Shown: positions 33,032 to 33,412 of the stretch, in pieces
Layout: every line of letters starts with the position of its first letter
Position numbering within the stretch: the first letter of the stretch is position 1
Origin: an uncultured Gammaproteobacteria bacterium
GTDB taxonomy: Bacteria; Patescibacteriota; Patescibacteriia; Magasanikbacterales; GWA2-37-8
Length of the DNA: 33,412 nt
Direction: 5' to 3'
Assembly (NCBI GenBank): GCA_964363145.1
Contig: CAYIHE010000002.1
Coordinates: forward strand, 1-33,412
Position numbers and translations under genes: made by a program
Notes under the pieces: model-generated
What the model was told of the DNA's origin: nothing
Database searches by the model: none
The model's input: the letters and a program-made list of their open reading frames with translations, nothing else

Positions 33032-33412
33032 TCAACTTAATAATTTTTTAATGGCTTCCGCCACAGCAACCGCGGATAAACCGGCTTGCGCGCGCATAAA
33101 ATCCTGCTTACCAATGTATGGTAAATATTTATCTTCCACACCCAACCGGCGAAACGGAATCGATATTCCCTCCTCGGCCAACACTTCCGCCACAGCTGAA
33201 CCCAATCCGCCATTTATGGTATGCTCTTCCAGAGTGACTATGGCGACGCGCGTATGAGCGCGGTCTATAATTATATTTTTATCCAACGGTTTAAGCGTGT
33301 GCAAATGAACCACCTCCGCCTCAATCCCCCCCTGTTCCAACAGTGCGGCCACCGCGAGCGCCACCTCGGTAATAGCGCCAATGGAAAAAATAGCCACTTT
33401 TGAACCATGTTT
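33032..33412 (-). CDS. transketolase / 2-oxoacid dehydrogenase E1-beta type C-terminal domain protein; 5' end beyond the window
   Basis: The frame stays open to the window edge (KHGSKVAIFSIGAITEVALAVAALLEQGGIEAEVVHLHTLKPLDKNII...TLEEHTINGGLGSAV). This is a typical transketolase C-terminal domain. The track Met is an internal GTG. Confidence 0.8.
   Translation of the reverse strand, partial: KHGSKVAIFSIGAITEVALAVAALLEQGGIEAEVVHLHTLKPLDKNIIIDRAHTRVAIVTLEEHTINGGLGSAVAEVLAEEGISIPFRRLGVEDKYLPYIGKQDFMRAQAGLSAVAVAEAIKKLLS

Noticed and set aside
1-33412. Search for defence, toxin-antitoxin, secretion or phage modules
   Set aside because: Outside the single transposase, no ORF shows nuclease, helicase, ATPase (Walker A/B), reverse transcriptase, integrase, or small toxin-antitoxin pair features. 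The accessory content is glycan biosynthesis plus one IS.

Overview
AT-rich, very gene-dense bacterial window. It uses the standard genetic code: TGA acts as a stop inside ATGA start/stop overlaps. Most start codons lack a GGAGG-type Shine-Dalgarno. The source organism cannot be fixed from the window alone. The compact overlapping genes, an archaeal-type PEP carboxylase and a stand-alone rpmA fit a small-genome, Patescibacteria/CPR-like bacterium, but this is a low-confidence inference.

Left edge: partial rfbB, a SEDS (FtsW/RodA) gene, a small membrane protein, and a solitary rpmA with its own TTGACA-17-TATAGT promoter and a bidirectional terminator.

Core (2367-25557): 23 ORFs, all on the minus strand, forming a large glycan-biosynthesis locus.
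- 8 Leloir-type glycosyltransferases: four GT2, two GT4-like, one GT11 fucosyltransferase, one GtrB/ArnC-like polyprenyl-phosphate transferase.
- 5 methyltransferases, including an NDP-hexose C-methyltransferase.
- 8 nucleotide-sugar enzymes: a UDP-Glc dehydrogenase family member, three SDRs, GDP-mannose 4,6-dehydratase, an E1/RfbH-type 3-dehydrase and two cupins.
- 2 very large polytopic membrane proteins (649 and 909 aa) with no recognisable family.
- I could not recognise a priming phosphoglycosyltransferase, Wzx, Wzy/Wzz or ABC exporter.

Right part: an archaeal-type PEP carboxylase (+) converges on a dmpF-dmpG-ThDP-enzyme operon (-). This is followed by an IS element with 23-bp imperfect inverted repeats, a histidine phosphatase and a partial transketolase C-terminal gene.

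No rRNA, tRNA, CRISPR or recognisable defence or toxin genes were found.

Most noteworthy observations:
1. An E1-type dehydrase has an exactly spaced C-X57-C-X-C-X7-C motif and a His in place of the Schiff-base Lys. It sits next to gmd rather than CDP-glucose genes, and no E3 reductase is present.
2. The dmpFG plus acetolactate-synthase-like cassette lies beside a deoxysugar locus. It may be a branched-sugar route or simply central metabolism.
3. A GtrB-like enzyme occurs together with two giant orphan membrane proteins.
4. A conserved 11-nt / hairpin / 11-nt leader module lies in front of two operon-leading genes, one copy inside a tandemly duplicated 194-nt intergenic region.

All functional calls rest on by-eye motif recognition. 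No database search was run.
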